NCBI GenBank assembly: GCA_043754515.1 | Contig: JAYUUO010000189.1 | Span: forward strand, 1-32,105 | DNA length: 32,105 bases | Origin: Armatimonadota bacterium | GTDB lineage: Bacteria > Armatimonadota > Armatimonadia > Armatimonadales > Armatimonadaceae | Direction of reading: 5' to 3' | Shown here: positions 8,218-17,125 of the stretch, piece after piece | Position numbering within the stretch: position 1 is the stretch's first letter | Layout of the letters: every line of letters starts with the position of its first letter | The notes under the pieces: generated by a model | Database searches by the model: none | Seen by the model: only the letters and a program-made list of their open reading frames with translations | What the model was told of the DNA's origin: nothing | Made by a program: the position numbers and the translations under genes

Positions 8218-8900
8218 GTCGCGCTACCCCGCTATCAAGGATCATGGATCCGGCCATCCCGCCGTATCGCCCCGCCCCGTGGTTCGCGCCCGCCAAGCGT
8301 GCGACAGACATATTCGGCGCGGGGTGTGGGCTGGTGTTACTGCTGCCCGTCTACTGCGCGGTAGCGGTGCTGATCGCGGTTGACTCGCGGGGCCCCGTGA
8401 TTCACCGACGCCGCGTCCTCGCGCGGCAGGAGTATTGCGTCGGCGATGCGTTAGTCACCTTCGACGCGTTCAAGTTCCGCACGATGATTCCCGGTGCCGA
8501 CGAGTGGCTTCAGGATAACCCCGCCGTGGACGCGGAGTACCAGGAGCAATTCAAATTGCGGAACGACCCACGGGTGACGCGCATCGGTTCGTTCCTGCGC
8601 CGCTCCAGCCTGGATGAGTTGCCGCAACTGGTCAACATATTGCGGGGGCAGATGACTCTGGTCGGCCCGCGCATCATCACCCCCGCTGAGCTACGCCACT
8701 ACGAGGATGACGCGGCGAAACTGCTCGCGGTAACGCCGGGGCTTACCGGGTACTGGCAGGTGTCGGGCCGTTCGGATACCTCGTACGCGGAGCGGGCACG
8801 CCTTGACATGTGGTACATTGACCACCGCTCACTCTGGCTGGACTTGATTATCCTCGTTCGTACCGTGGGCGTGGTTCTGAAGCGATACGGGGCACGCTGA
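8214..8900 (+). CDS. Bacterial sugar transferase (priming phosphoglycosyl transferase, PglC/WcaJ catalytic type)
   Basis: KRATDI, FKFRTM, DPRVTRIGSFLRRSSLDELPQL, PGLTGYWQVSGRS and LDMWYI. The start at ATG 8214 overlaps the upstream stop (ATGA). Confidence 0.92.
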   Translation: MSRATPLSRIMDPAIPPYRPAPWFAPAKRATDIFGAGCGLVLLLPVYCAVAVLIAVDSRGPVIHRRRVLARQEYCVGDALVTFDAFKFRTMIPGADEWLQDNPAVDAEYQEQFKLRNDPRVTRIGSFLRRSSLDELPQLVNILRGQMTLVGPRIITPAELRHYEDDAAKLLAVTPGLTGYWQVSGRSDTSYAERARLDMWYIDHRSLWLDLIILVRTVGVVLKRYGAR

Positions 8901-8935
8901 AGCGACATGACGCACCCGGTGGGGACATCTGGACA

Positions 8936-9847
8936 TCAATCGTCGGTGTCGTACTCGCCGCTCGGCTCGCTGTGCACCACCACGCGCACGACGCGCGGGT
9001 TCGCGGTTCGGATCGCATCTTGCACCCGGTGCGCGATTTCGTGCGCCCTCCAGACTGGCATCTCGCGATCTACGAGGACGTCGAGTTCGGTGTAGTAATC
9101 GAACCCCGATTTGCGGACGCGACAGGCGTGTAACCCTTCGACGCCAGGAATGCTCGCCGCGACTCGCCGCACTTCCCGCTCGATGCGGGCATCGGGGGCG
9201 GTGTCCATGAGTTCCTGCAACGCCCCTTTCCCTATGTGCCCGGCGTTATAGGCGATCACGCCCGCCGCGAGCAGTGCCGCCCAATTGTCCGCCGTCTCGT
9301 AGCCTTTACCACCGATCAGTGCGACGCTGATCCCGATGAATGCCGCCGCAGATGTTAGCGCGTCCGCCCGGTGATGGAAGGCGTCGTTCTTCACCGCGTC
9401 GCTCTGCGCCGCCTCGCCCGCCTTGAGCACGGAACGCGACAGCACTTCCTTCACGATCACGACCGAGACCAGCACCAGCAGGGTGAACGCGGCGGGGGTG
9501 CGGTGTGGCGTCAATATCTCGCGCACGCTCTCGACCGAGACGAACCCCGCCGCTAGCACCAGTGCCGCCGCGACCATGAGCGACGCGAGCGGTTCGGCTT
9601 TCCCATGCCCGTGGGGGTGGTCGGCGTCGGCAGGCTTTATCGCGACCTGCAAGCCCCATAAAACGATTACGGAAGTGAAAACATCCGCGCCGGATTCGAT
9701 GGCGTCGGCGATCAGCGCGTAGGAGTTGCCGAGCAATCCCGCCGTGCCTTTAACGACGGCTAGCAAAGCATTCACATAGATACCCGTGCGCACCGCCCGC
9801 ATGGCACGCTTCGCCGGGTGTTGCGCTTTAGCCACGGTGAGACTCAT
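8936..9847 (-). CDS. Cation diffusion facilitator (FieF-like) metal efflux transporter
   Basis: ALIADAIES, KPADADHPHGHGKAE, DAFHHRAD and a C-terminal dimerisation domain (AHEIAH...VHSEP). Confidence 0.92.
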   Translation of the reverse strand: MSLTVAKAQHPAKRAMRAVRTGIYVNALLAVVKGTAGLLGNSYALIADAIESGADVFTSVIVLWGLQVAIKPADADHPHGHGKAEPLASLMVAAALVLAAGFVSVESVREILTPHRTPAAFTLLVLVSVVIVKEVLSRSVLKAGEAAQSDAVKNDAFHHRADALTSAAAFIGISVALIGGKGYETADNWAALLAAGVIAYNAGHIGKGALQELMDTAPDARIEREVRRVAASIPGVEGLHACRVRKSGFDYYTELDVLVDREMPVWRAHEIAHRVQDAIRTANPRVVRVVVHSEPSGEYDTDD

Positions 9848-10805
9848 GTGAGGTGTATATTGTACCCTGCCGGAGAGATAAACGGGCAGACGCCGGTGGG
9901 TTCGGGGCCTTCGCTACATCGTGCCGCAACCGATTCCAAAACTCAATCTTCGGCACTCGCGACAGCCCCGAAAACTGCGCGTCGCCCGTCTCGATCACGC
10001 ACCAGATGCCGTCCATCAACTGCCCAATGTCCACGGCGATGTAGGGAGATCCGACGTGGCGGGTGGCTTCGCGGGCGAGAGCGCGGATGGCGTTGTCGTC
10101 CCCGCACGACAACTTTTCCGCGCCGCCGTGGTCGCCCTCCCAGTAGTAACCGATCCCGACCACCGCGCCGTTGAAAACGAAAACGCGGAACTCGCGCCCC
10201 ATCGGGAAACCGTTCGGCGCATGTCCGGCTATGCGTGGCGGGAGCAGTTCGCGCAGAACCACGCGCCCGCGCGACCGATCTGCGAGTCTCAAAAGCGCGG
10301 CGACGAGAGGTGCCAACTCCTCGCGCGTTTCGGCGACACACGCCTTCCACCCGGCGGCCTTTCGGGACTGCACCGCGCCCTTGACGAAAACGGGAGGCCC
10401 ACCTAACGCATCCAGCGCATCCGAAAGTAGCGCGGAGTCGGCGGCGGTGACGAACACGCTCCGCGCCGTCAGATCGGCGATTTTTGGGTAGGCGCGGTCA
10501 AACTCCTGCGCATCGAGATGCTGATCGGGAGAGTTTAGTAGCAGGAGATTCTTCGCGCGGGCGACCCCGTATATCGCCGCGTACCGGGACGGCTCCGGAA
10601 TGTAGCCTACCCAGAACGCGGCGGTCCGCACCGCCCGCGCGGGGATGTGAAGCAGCGCGTTCTCCGCCGTCTCGCAGGCGTCGAAACTGGCGGGGATCGT
10701 GTACACGGACGCGCCCGCGAGACGCGCCGCGCCCGCGCTCGCCGCTATATCCCGTGCGCTCGCGGACGGTTCGAGCTGCTCGGCGGCCTCCGCGAGGATG
10801 ATCAC
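9828..10805 (-). CDS. ATP-grasp domain protein (DUF4343/R2K-like)
   Basis: PVFVKG.VQSRK, REFRVF and YIAVDIGQ...WCVIETGDAQFSG; ATGA overlap with accA. Confidence 0.75.
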   Translation of the reverse strand: MIILAEAAEQLEPSASARDIAASAGAARLAGASVYTIPASFDACETAENALLHIPARAVRTAAFWVGYIPEPSRYAAIYGVARAKNLLLLNSPDQHLDAQEFDRAYPKIADLTARSVFVTAADSALLSDALDALGGPPVFVKGAVQSRKAAGWKACVAETREELAPLVAALLRLADRSRGRVVLRELLPPRIAGHAPNGFPMGREFRVFVFNGAVVGIGYYWEGDHGGAEKLSCGDDNAIRALAREATRHVGSPYIAVDIGQLMDGIWCVIETGDAQFSGLSRVPKIEFWNRLRHDVAKAPNPPASARLSLRQGTIYTSHESHRG

Positions 10806-11848
10806 GCGTCGGTCGCCGACCGGACCCGATCCGGTAGCGGTTGGAACGTCGGCGGCGTCTCGCTGTCCGCTCCATCCCCTTCGCTGAACCGCCCAAGGGC
10901 GCGGTATTTGGCGAAGCGCATCGCCAGCAGTTGATCCGTAGAACTCCCGCCGAGTTCCTTTAAGTGCCTGGCGACCGCCTCTTTAATGGCGGCCCCCGCG
11001 AGGTCCGGGGATCGGTGCGCCCCGCCGAGCGGCTCGGTGATCACCTCGTCCACTAGGCCAAAGGACAGCGCGTCTTTCGCCGTAACACGCATCGCCTTCG
11101 CCGCGTCCGCGCCGCGCGTCGGGTCGCGCCAGATGATCGAGGCACACCCCTCCGGCGCGATTACCGAATAGATAGAGTGCTCCAGCATCAGCACGCGGTC
11201 CGTGACCGCGATGCCGAGCGCGCCGCCCGACCCACCCTCGCCGATGATCACGGACACAGTGGGCGTAGGAAGCATGATCATCTCGCGCAGGTTGCGGGCT
11301 ATCGCCTCTGAAATGCCGTTCTCCTCGGAGGGGACATTCGAGTCTGCGCCGGGCGTGTCCACCAGCGTCACGACCGGGCGATGAAATCGCGCCGCCATCT
11401 GCATCAGGCGCAGGGCTTTGCGGTAGCCTTCCGGGCGCGCGTAGCCGAAGTTTCGCTTCTGCCGCTCTTTGAGGTCGCGCCCCTTCTGTTGCCCGATCAG
11501 CACGATCGGCGAGCCGTTGAACCGCGCCATCCCGCCGACCATCGCGCCGTCGTCCCCGATCAGGCGATCCCCGGCGAGTTCCAGGAAGTCGTCGCACAGC
11601 ATCGGCACGTAATCGAGCGTGTAGGGACGGTCTTTATGCCGCGCCAGTAGCACCTCATCCCAGGGTGTCAGGCCCAGCGTAAAGAACTCGCGCAGGAACA
11701 CATCGCGCTCCTGCGCCATCTTGTCCGCTTCGAGCATCTTATCAGCCAGCCCCCCGCGCGTCGCGGCGGCACGAGCCTTTGCTATGTTGTCGTCGAACTC
11801 GTTGACCAGCTGTTCGAAATCGAGAACGCTCATTTTCTTCTCCGCCAC
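10802..11848 (-). CDS. accA: Acetyl-CoA carboxylase carboxyltransferase alpha subunit
   Basis: LARHKDRPYTLDY, PEGYRKALRLM, DTPGA, IGEGGSGGAL, YSVIAPEGCASIIW and EPLGGAH. Confidence 0.96.
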   Translation of the reverse strand: MAEKKMSVLDFEQLVNEFDDNIAKARAAATRGGLADKMLEADKMAQERDVFLREFFTLGLTPWDEVLLARHKDRPYTLDYVPMLCDDFLELAGDRLIGDDGAMVGGMARFNGSPIVLIGQQKGRDLKERQKRNFGYARPEGYRKALRLMQMAARFHRPVVTLVDTPGADSNVPSEENGISEAIARNLREMIMLPTPTVSVIIGEGGSGGALGIAVTDRVLMLEHSIYSVIAPEGCASIIWRDPTRGADAAKAMRVTAKDALSFGLVDEVITEPLGGAHRSPDLAGAAIKEAVARHLKELGGSSTDQLLAMRFAKYRALGRFSEGDGADSETPPTFQPLPDRVRSATDA

Positions 11849-11851
11849 TGG

Positions 11852-12808
11852 TCAGTGTCCCCCCACGCCGTTGCGGGAAACCGTCGTCATCGCCACGGAA
11901 GACGTAGCGTCCGTCAGCGCGCCCGTCGCCCCGAAGAACGCCAGCGCGCGTTGCAACGTGCTGACCATCTCCTTGCGCGGCACGACGCGATCCACCTTCC
12001 CCCAGTCGAGTTGGAACTCGGCGGTCTGGTAGTTGGGCGGCTCCTTAAACTGTTTGGCTTGCGAGGCGACCCGCGCCCCCGCGAACGCGACATAGGCTTG
12101 CGGCTCGGCGAAGATGACGTCGCCGAGTGCCGCGAACGACGCCCACGCCCCGCCGGTAGTCGGGTGCGTCAACACAACAATATAAGGGGTGCCGGTCTGC
12201 GCGAGTTGCGCCACGCTCGCCGACGTCTTCGCCATCTGCATCAGGCCGAACAAGCCCTCCTGCATCCGCGCCCCCCCCGACGCCACGAAAACGACGCAGG
12301 CGACCCGGTTCGCGATCGCATAATCGGCGGCACGCACAAATTTCTCGCCGAACACCGAACCCATCGAGCCGCCCATGAACCGGAAGTCGGCGACAAGCAA
12401 CGAGACAGGGACACCGCTGATGGTCGCCGTCCCGCGAACCATGGTGTCACCCCGTCCCGTGGTCGTTTCGCCCTTTTCCGCCTTCGCTTTGTACTCGGGG
12501 AAATCAAGTGGGTCGGTGCCGCGGAGGGAAGCGTCGTACTCCACGAATGAGCCTTCGTCCACGGTGTAGGCGATCCGCTCGTCTGCGGTGAGCGGGTGGT
12601 GGTAGCCGCAGTTCGAGCAGACCTTCAGGTCGCGCTCGAAGTCCCGGGTGTAGAGGATCTTGTCACACTTCGCGCATTTGATGAACGCCCCCACGGGGAT
12701 CACGGACTGCGAGTCGGCGACGCGCTGTTTCTCGTGATCGGGGACGGACGCGGGCGGGTCGGGATTGTTCGTTTTTTCGTTCGGCTTGCGACTGAACCAC
12801 GGCGGCAT
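11852..12808 (-). CDS. accD: Acetyl-CoA carboxylase carboxyltransferase beta subunit
   Basis: C4 zinc finger CAKC...CSNC; DFRFMGGSMG, SGGARMQEG, LMQMAKTS and PTTGG..ASFA. Confidence 0.96.
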   Translation of the reverse strand: MPPWFSRKPNEKTNNPDPPASVPDHEKQRVADSQSVIPVGAFIKCAKCDKILYTRDFERDLKVCSNCGYHHPLTADERIAYTVDEGSFVEYDASLRGTDPLDFPEYKAKAEKGETTTGRGDTMVRGTATISGVPVSLLVADFRFMGGSMGSVFGEKFVRAADYAIANRVACVVFVASGGARMQEGLFGLMQMAKTSASVAQLAQTGTPYIVVLTHPTTGGAWASFAALGDVIFAEPQAYVAFAGARVASQAKQFKEPPNYQTAEFQLDWGKVDRVVPRKEMVSTLQRALAFFGATGALTDATSSVAMTTVSRNGVGGH

Positions 12809-12905
12809 AATATCGGTATATCCTCGAAGGAAGGGAGCCGCGCCGGATGGCGTGGCTCCCGAATCCCATGATTATACCGCGCCCGCGCGATATTTAGCGG
12901 GTCCG

Positions 12906-15900
12906 CTACCGGTCCAATGTCAGCGCGAGGATCTTCACCCGGAGGTTATCGGGTAGCGAAATGGACACCAGTTGCTTACCGACGTTGGTCGGCGCGATCA
13001 CGTGCCGTAGGTAAGAGGCTTTCGCCTCATCCCCCTTCGGCGTCCGTTTCCGCCGGGTCATGGTCGCGATGGCGTCCCCGGTCGGGGACTGCGCCTCGTT
13101 CCAGTCGCGTACCGACACCGTCACCGTTTCCGTGGTTTTATCGGAGTAGGTGAACAGGAGCGGCACGGATTCGGTCTGCCCCCCGGTCGCGGCGGCGGCG
13201 AGGTGCAACCCGACGTAATTGCCTTTCGGCACGCTGATTATCTGCTTCGCGCAGGCGACCGCGTTCTTCGCGCCGTCCGCAGTGGAGCCGTAGCGGAACG
13301 AGATGCGGCGCGCCGAAGTCGAGACGTCGGCGTAGTAGCCGCTCGGGTACGCAGGAGGGGGCAACTTCCTCGGCTTCTTGCCCGTGCCCACGCCCACAGG
13401 CTCGGGGCTGGTCGGCTTCGGCGTCCGCAGTGCCCCCAGACCGAATCGGTCCGGGGGGAACGACTCCGCCGGGAAACTGCTACCCCGCTCGTCCATATCA
13501 CCATCACCGGGCCTACTTTCGGAGGCGACGCCGTCCACATTGAACTCTTTCGACAGATCGAGGAATGTCAAACGCCCGCCGGTGACCCGGATGAAGACCG
13601 GCGCGATGTCCCCGACACGCGAAACGGGGCGTGTGGAGAAATAGTCGTCAGGAACCCGCGCCACGTCGGGGACCAGGATGTACGCCCCGTCGGTTTCCGG
13701 GGAACGGACCGGCAGTTTCACGGTGATCGCCTCGCCGGGCGCAACGTCGCGCGGGAGCGGAACGGTGAGGGCGGGTTTCCAGCGCGCCTCCATCCCGTCA
13801 CCGAAGTACCAGTGCGCCCCGATGACATACTCGCTCTGCTTCCAGGACAGGGAGCCGCGATTCACGAGCGGCACGTTAATAGTGAACGAGGAGTTCGCCT
13901 CGACCGATTCCGGCACGTTCCCCGGAAGAAGGAACCGCGCCTCCTCGTCGCCGCCGTAGACCGCGACCCGCTCCGTTAGCTCGCCGGGAACCGCTTCCGT
14001 GGAATCGGTACGCGTGAGGAACCAGCGCAGGGTGTAGCCGCCCCCGGCCATACCGCGCCCGCTCGGCAGTTCGGGGTAGGAGGGCTGAACAGGTAGCCCC
14101 GCCGGGTCGTTCAGCGCGAGATTGACCAGCACCGGAACCAGGACGCCAGAAGGCAACACGTCGGGGACCGGGGCCGAGCCGGTCGCCGCCACTGTTTTGC
14201 CGTCGGTTGAGATTAGTTGCCACGTCAGCGCGGCGGCACCGACGGCCAGATCGTCGGCACCCATGTACCGCGTCTCGACCGTTACCGGGTACGACATACC
14301 GGCCTGGAGGAGTACCGGGGTCGTCGTGTCGCCGAACACCACGCTCTGCCGGTCGTCGGCGTAGAGCGACACGGGAACCACCAACGGCGCGACACCCGAC
14401 TCGGCGAGATACTTCCCCGCCCCGAGCAGGTCGGAAGGGTCCTTGAGCTTCAGAAAGTCCACCTCCAGCGAGTACTCGCCGGGCGGAAGCGGTGCCAACT
14501 TGCCGGACGCGTCCTGCGACAGCGACGTCAACCCGACAAGAAACGAGCGCGTCTGTGTCGGCAGGAAGGCTTGCGTCAGGCGGGTGCGTAGCGGAGCCTC
14601 GGCGACCACGGTATCACCCTGCCTCCAGCGGTAGGAAAGCGCGTACCCGTCCTCGGAGCGGAGCGCGACCCCCCCGCCGTTCTGTACCGACACCCGCACC
14701 GGCGCGGTCTGTCCCACCCGAAGGCGGCGCGGTACATCGTTCGTCCGCCAGCGCAGGTCAATCCCTTCCAGGTTGCCGATCTGGACCGAGTTGATACGCG
14801 TCAGGTCCAGATAGCGCGTGCCGTACTGCCGAGACGCTACTACCTCGGTCCCACGCGCGAAATCGTTCCAGGAGTCAATCACATACCACTTCGGCTTCGC
14901 CGCGAGCGCGGTCTGCCAGGCGGCTTTGAACGTATCGCCGTCTTTGCGCCCGACGATCTTTTCCGGCGTTTCCAAGCCCGGCTGGATAACCTGGAGGGGC
15001 AACACACCGGACATGGCCGCGCCTCCGGTGAGTAGCGGTACCCCCCCGGCGGCAAGTCCCGGCGACTTCTTCGCGTCGAAGTCCACGCCGCCGACGAACA
15101 ACAGGGTCGCCCCGCCCGACTCCGCCCCGAACTCCGAAGCGAACGATTCGCGAAGCGCATCCGTCCACCCCGCGCCGTCCGTCCCGGTTATTCCCGCCCC
15201 GGCGAAGAAAACCGGGTAGGCGGGCACGCCCCCCGCCGACACTGGTAGCGTCACGCGCGAGCGGAACATGGGGGGAACCACCGCGAAAAAGCGGCGAACG
15301 GCGGCGTAGAGCCGTGCGCGGCCCTCGGTGGTAGACACGTCAGTCGGCGCACCATCGGTCGAGAGCCGCGTCAGGTTCAATTCGAGGGCAACTTTCGGCG
15401 TCGGAAGGCCGTCCTCGGTCATCTCGCGCAGGGCCTCGGTCATCACAAGCAGTGCTTTGTCATCGGCGTTACCGGTCGGTGCTTCGGGGCCACCGACCGA
15501 GACAAGCGCGACATCCACCCCGGAGCGGCGCATTTCGTAAAGCAGGCCCCGGTGCCACGACGCGCGGTCCGACGAGAACCACGGACCCGCGCCGGTCGGC
15601 GGCTCATCCGCGAGAAGGAAACGCCCGTTTGTCGGGTCGAACGTGCCCTGGAACGGGGTGGGCTTGCGGATGTCGCCCTGGAAGTCAATGCGGTAGCGGG
15701 CGAAGACGAGGGGTTCGATGCCAGACAGACTGGCGGCGGTGAGCGTCAGGGGCGGCGGTGTGTTGTCGAGCGGCGCGACCACGGCGGGCTTCGGCGTCGG
15801 CTTCGGAGCGGCGGCCGCGTTCGGCACCGGTGCCGCGAAGGTGAACTTACCGGCGGCGGGCCACTCCCCAGCGGCTTTCATAACGCCGTCAATTAGAGGG

Positions 15901-16634
15901 GGCACGGACCGGTCTCCCCGCTTCACGACGGGTGGCGCAAAAAGCACGTTCGCGGGGATGTCGGACGATCCGGAGGTCGCGAGAACAAGCGGTAGCCACT
16001 TCGACGGGTTCGCGATGTCGGCTTCCGTCTTGACGTCGGGCGCGAACGACGAGAAGGATCTTCCGCTCCGGCTACGGATGACGACGTTGATCTTGAAGGG
16101 CATCCCCGCCCTAACGCTTCCTTCCGCGAGACCCAGTTCTTTCCACGGGATCGCGAGTTCCACGGTGTAGCCCCTGTCAATGTCGTCGGAGCGGTTCAGC
16201 GTCCCTCGCACCGTCACCCCGTACTTGATCGAGAAGACCGGCTTGGGCGCAAAGGCTTTGTCGGCGGTATCCCCCGCGAGGAAAGTGAAACCGCCCGCCG
16301 CCGATACCAGCATCGCGTGGGTGTTCGCGTCGGGCGTGTCTCCCGTCGCCTCGCCCGTCTGTATATACACCCCGACGCTGTCGTCTTTCGTCGGATCGGA
16401 GAGCGGAAGGGTGTTCGTGCCTAGCACATCCGCGTCATCCACCATCATCGCGACGTATATGTAGCGGTCATCCCAGGTCGCCTGTCCCTGTGCCAGCCCG
16501 GACGCGGATTTCGTCGCCGGGGTTGCGACTTGCGCGGAGGAAGGTCGGGCTAAGGTAAGGGCAACGGTGGCCAGGGAGAGGGTGAGCGAGCACAACAGCG
16601 GAGTCGCGGTTGCGGCGCGAAATGTTCGATTCAT
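12906..16634 (-). CDS. Large secreted multidomain carbohydrate-associated protein: CBM9/DOMON-like domain, Pro-rich linker, DUF5010/GH99-like barrel, NBR1-Ig-like repeats, C-terminal beta domain
   Basis: Signal peptide; WDDRYIYVAMMVDD...GYTVELAIPW (CBM9-like); PKPTPKP linker; WH..LLYEMRRSGVD...IDSWNDFARGT...YG.RYLDLT; V.V.N.G...LSYRW and LPRDVAPGE Ig-like motifs. Confidence 0.7.
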   Translation of the reverse strand: MNRTFRAATATPLLCSLTLSLATVALTLARPSSAQVATPATKSASGLAQGQATWDDRYIYVAMMVDDADVLGTNTLPLSDPTKDDSVGVYIQTGEATGDTPDANTHAMLVSAAGGFTFLAGDTADKAFAPKPVFSIKYGVTVRGTLNRSDDIDRGYTVELAIPWKELGLAEGSVRAGMPFKINVVIRSRSGRSFSSFAPDVKTEADIANPSKWLPLVLATSGSSDIPANVLFAPPVVKRGDRSVPPLIDGVMKAAGEWPAAGKFTFAAPVPNAAAAPKPTPKPAVVAPLDNTPPPLTLTAASLSGIEPLVFARYRIDFQGDIRKPTPFQGTFDPTNGRFLLADEPPTGAGPWFSSDRASWHRGLLYEMRRSGVDVALVSVGGPEAPTGNADDKALLVMTEALREMTEDGLPTPKVALELNLTRLSTDGAPTDVSTTEGRARLYAAVRRFFAVVPPMFRSRVTLPVSAGGVPAYPVFFAGAGITGTDGAGWTDALRESFASEFGAESGGATLLFVGGVDFDAKKSPGLAAGGVPLLTGGAAMSGVLPLQVIQPGLETPEKIVGRKDGDTFKAAWQTALAAKPKWYVIDSWNDFARGTEVVASRQYGTRYLDLTRINSVQIGNLEGIDLRWRTNDVPRRLRVGQTAPVRVSVQNGGGVALRSEDGYALSYRWRQGDTVVAEAPLRTRLTQAFLPTQTRSFLVGLTSLSQDASGKLAPLPPGEYSLEVDFLKLKDPSDLLGAGKYLAESGVAPLVVPVSLYADDRQSVVFGDTTTPVLLQAGMSYPVTVETRYMGADDLAVGAAALTWQLISTDGKTVAATGSAPVPDVLPSGVLVPVLVNLALNDPAGLPVQPSYPELPSGRGMAGGGYTLRWFLTRTDSTEAVPGELTERVAVYGGDEEARFLLPGNVPESVEANSSFTINVPLVNRGSLSWKQSEYVIGAHWYFGDGMEARWKPALTVPLPRDVAPGEAITVKLPVRSPETDGAYILVPDVARVPDDYFSTRPVSRVGDIAPVFIRVTGGRLTFLDLSKEFNVDGVASESRPGDGDMDERGSSFPAESFPPDRFGLGALRTPKPTSPEPVGVGTGKKPRKLPPPAYPSGYYADVSTSARRISFRYGSTADGAKNAVACAKQIISVPKGNYVGLHLAAAATGGQTESVPLLFTYSDKTTETVTVSVRDWNEAQSPTGDAIATMTRRKRTPKGDEAKASYLRHVIAPTNVGKQLVSISLPDNLRVKILALTLDR

Positions 16635-16756
16635 ACGAGAGTTGCGACAACTCGGGTGGGGCGAAAGTTCCGCGCAATCCGCGTGCGCACATAGAGGAAC
16701 GCCGTGGGGCTGGTATTGGTAACGGCCATCATCCCGTTAGAAGCGCGTGTTCCAGA

Positions 16757-17078
16757 TAGGGCGATTGCTTTTTGGTCGTGTTGTTAGATTCAGATGGATT
16801 GGCGGATGCGCACCGCAACCTCGTATCTACCCCGTTCGTAGGTCGGGTCTCCAGACCCACAGCAGTCTCGGCACGAAGTACCACCCGCGCGGAGCGCGAG
16901 CGGGTGGGAACGGCCCGCCGTCCGCCGCGCCCCCGCGCGACCCAACGGAAACGGCTCGCCGACCACATATGCGACCGCCAGAGACATTCCCCGCCAGTTC
17001 AGCCCGCCAGAACGCCCGCACCCCGAACCTGCTCAGCGCGAGCCGTGGAAGTAGCCGGATCACGACGCAATCGCCCTG
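16757..17078 (-). mobile_element. Non-autonomous MITE copy 2 (ISAs1-like termini), 322 bp, inverted relative to copy 1
   Basis: Termini tagggcgattgc ... gcaatcgccctg; 10-bp flanking direct repeat gtgttccaga (16747-16756) / atgttccaca (17079-17088), 8/10. Confidence 0.78.
16838..16862 (+). repeat. GTAG-type REP-like palindrome inside MITE copy 2
   Basis: GTAG-GTC-GGGTCT-CC-AGACCC-AC: a GTAG tetramer followed by a short palindrome. Confidence 0.5.
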
Positions 17079-17091
17079 ATGTTCCACAGGG

Positions 17092-17120
17092 TTGACGCCT
17101 TGCACGTGCCTTGTTATCAT
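17092..17120 (+). promoter_or_regulatory. Sigma70-type promoter of the rhamnosidase gene, probably leaderless
   Basis: TTGACG (17092-17097), 17-nt spacer, TATCAT (17115-17120); ATG follows 5 nt later with no SD sequence. Confidence 0.6.
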
Positions 17121-17125
17121 AAACC

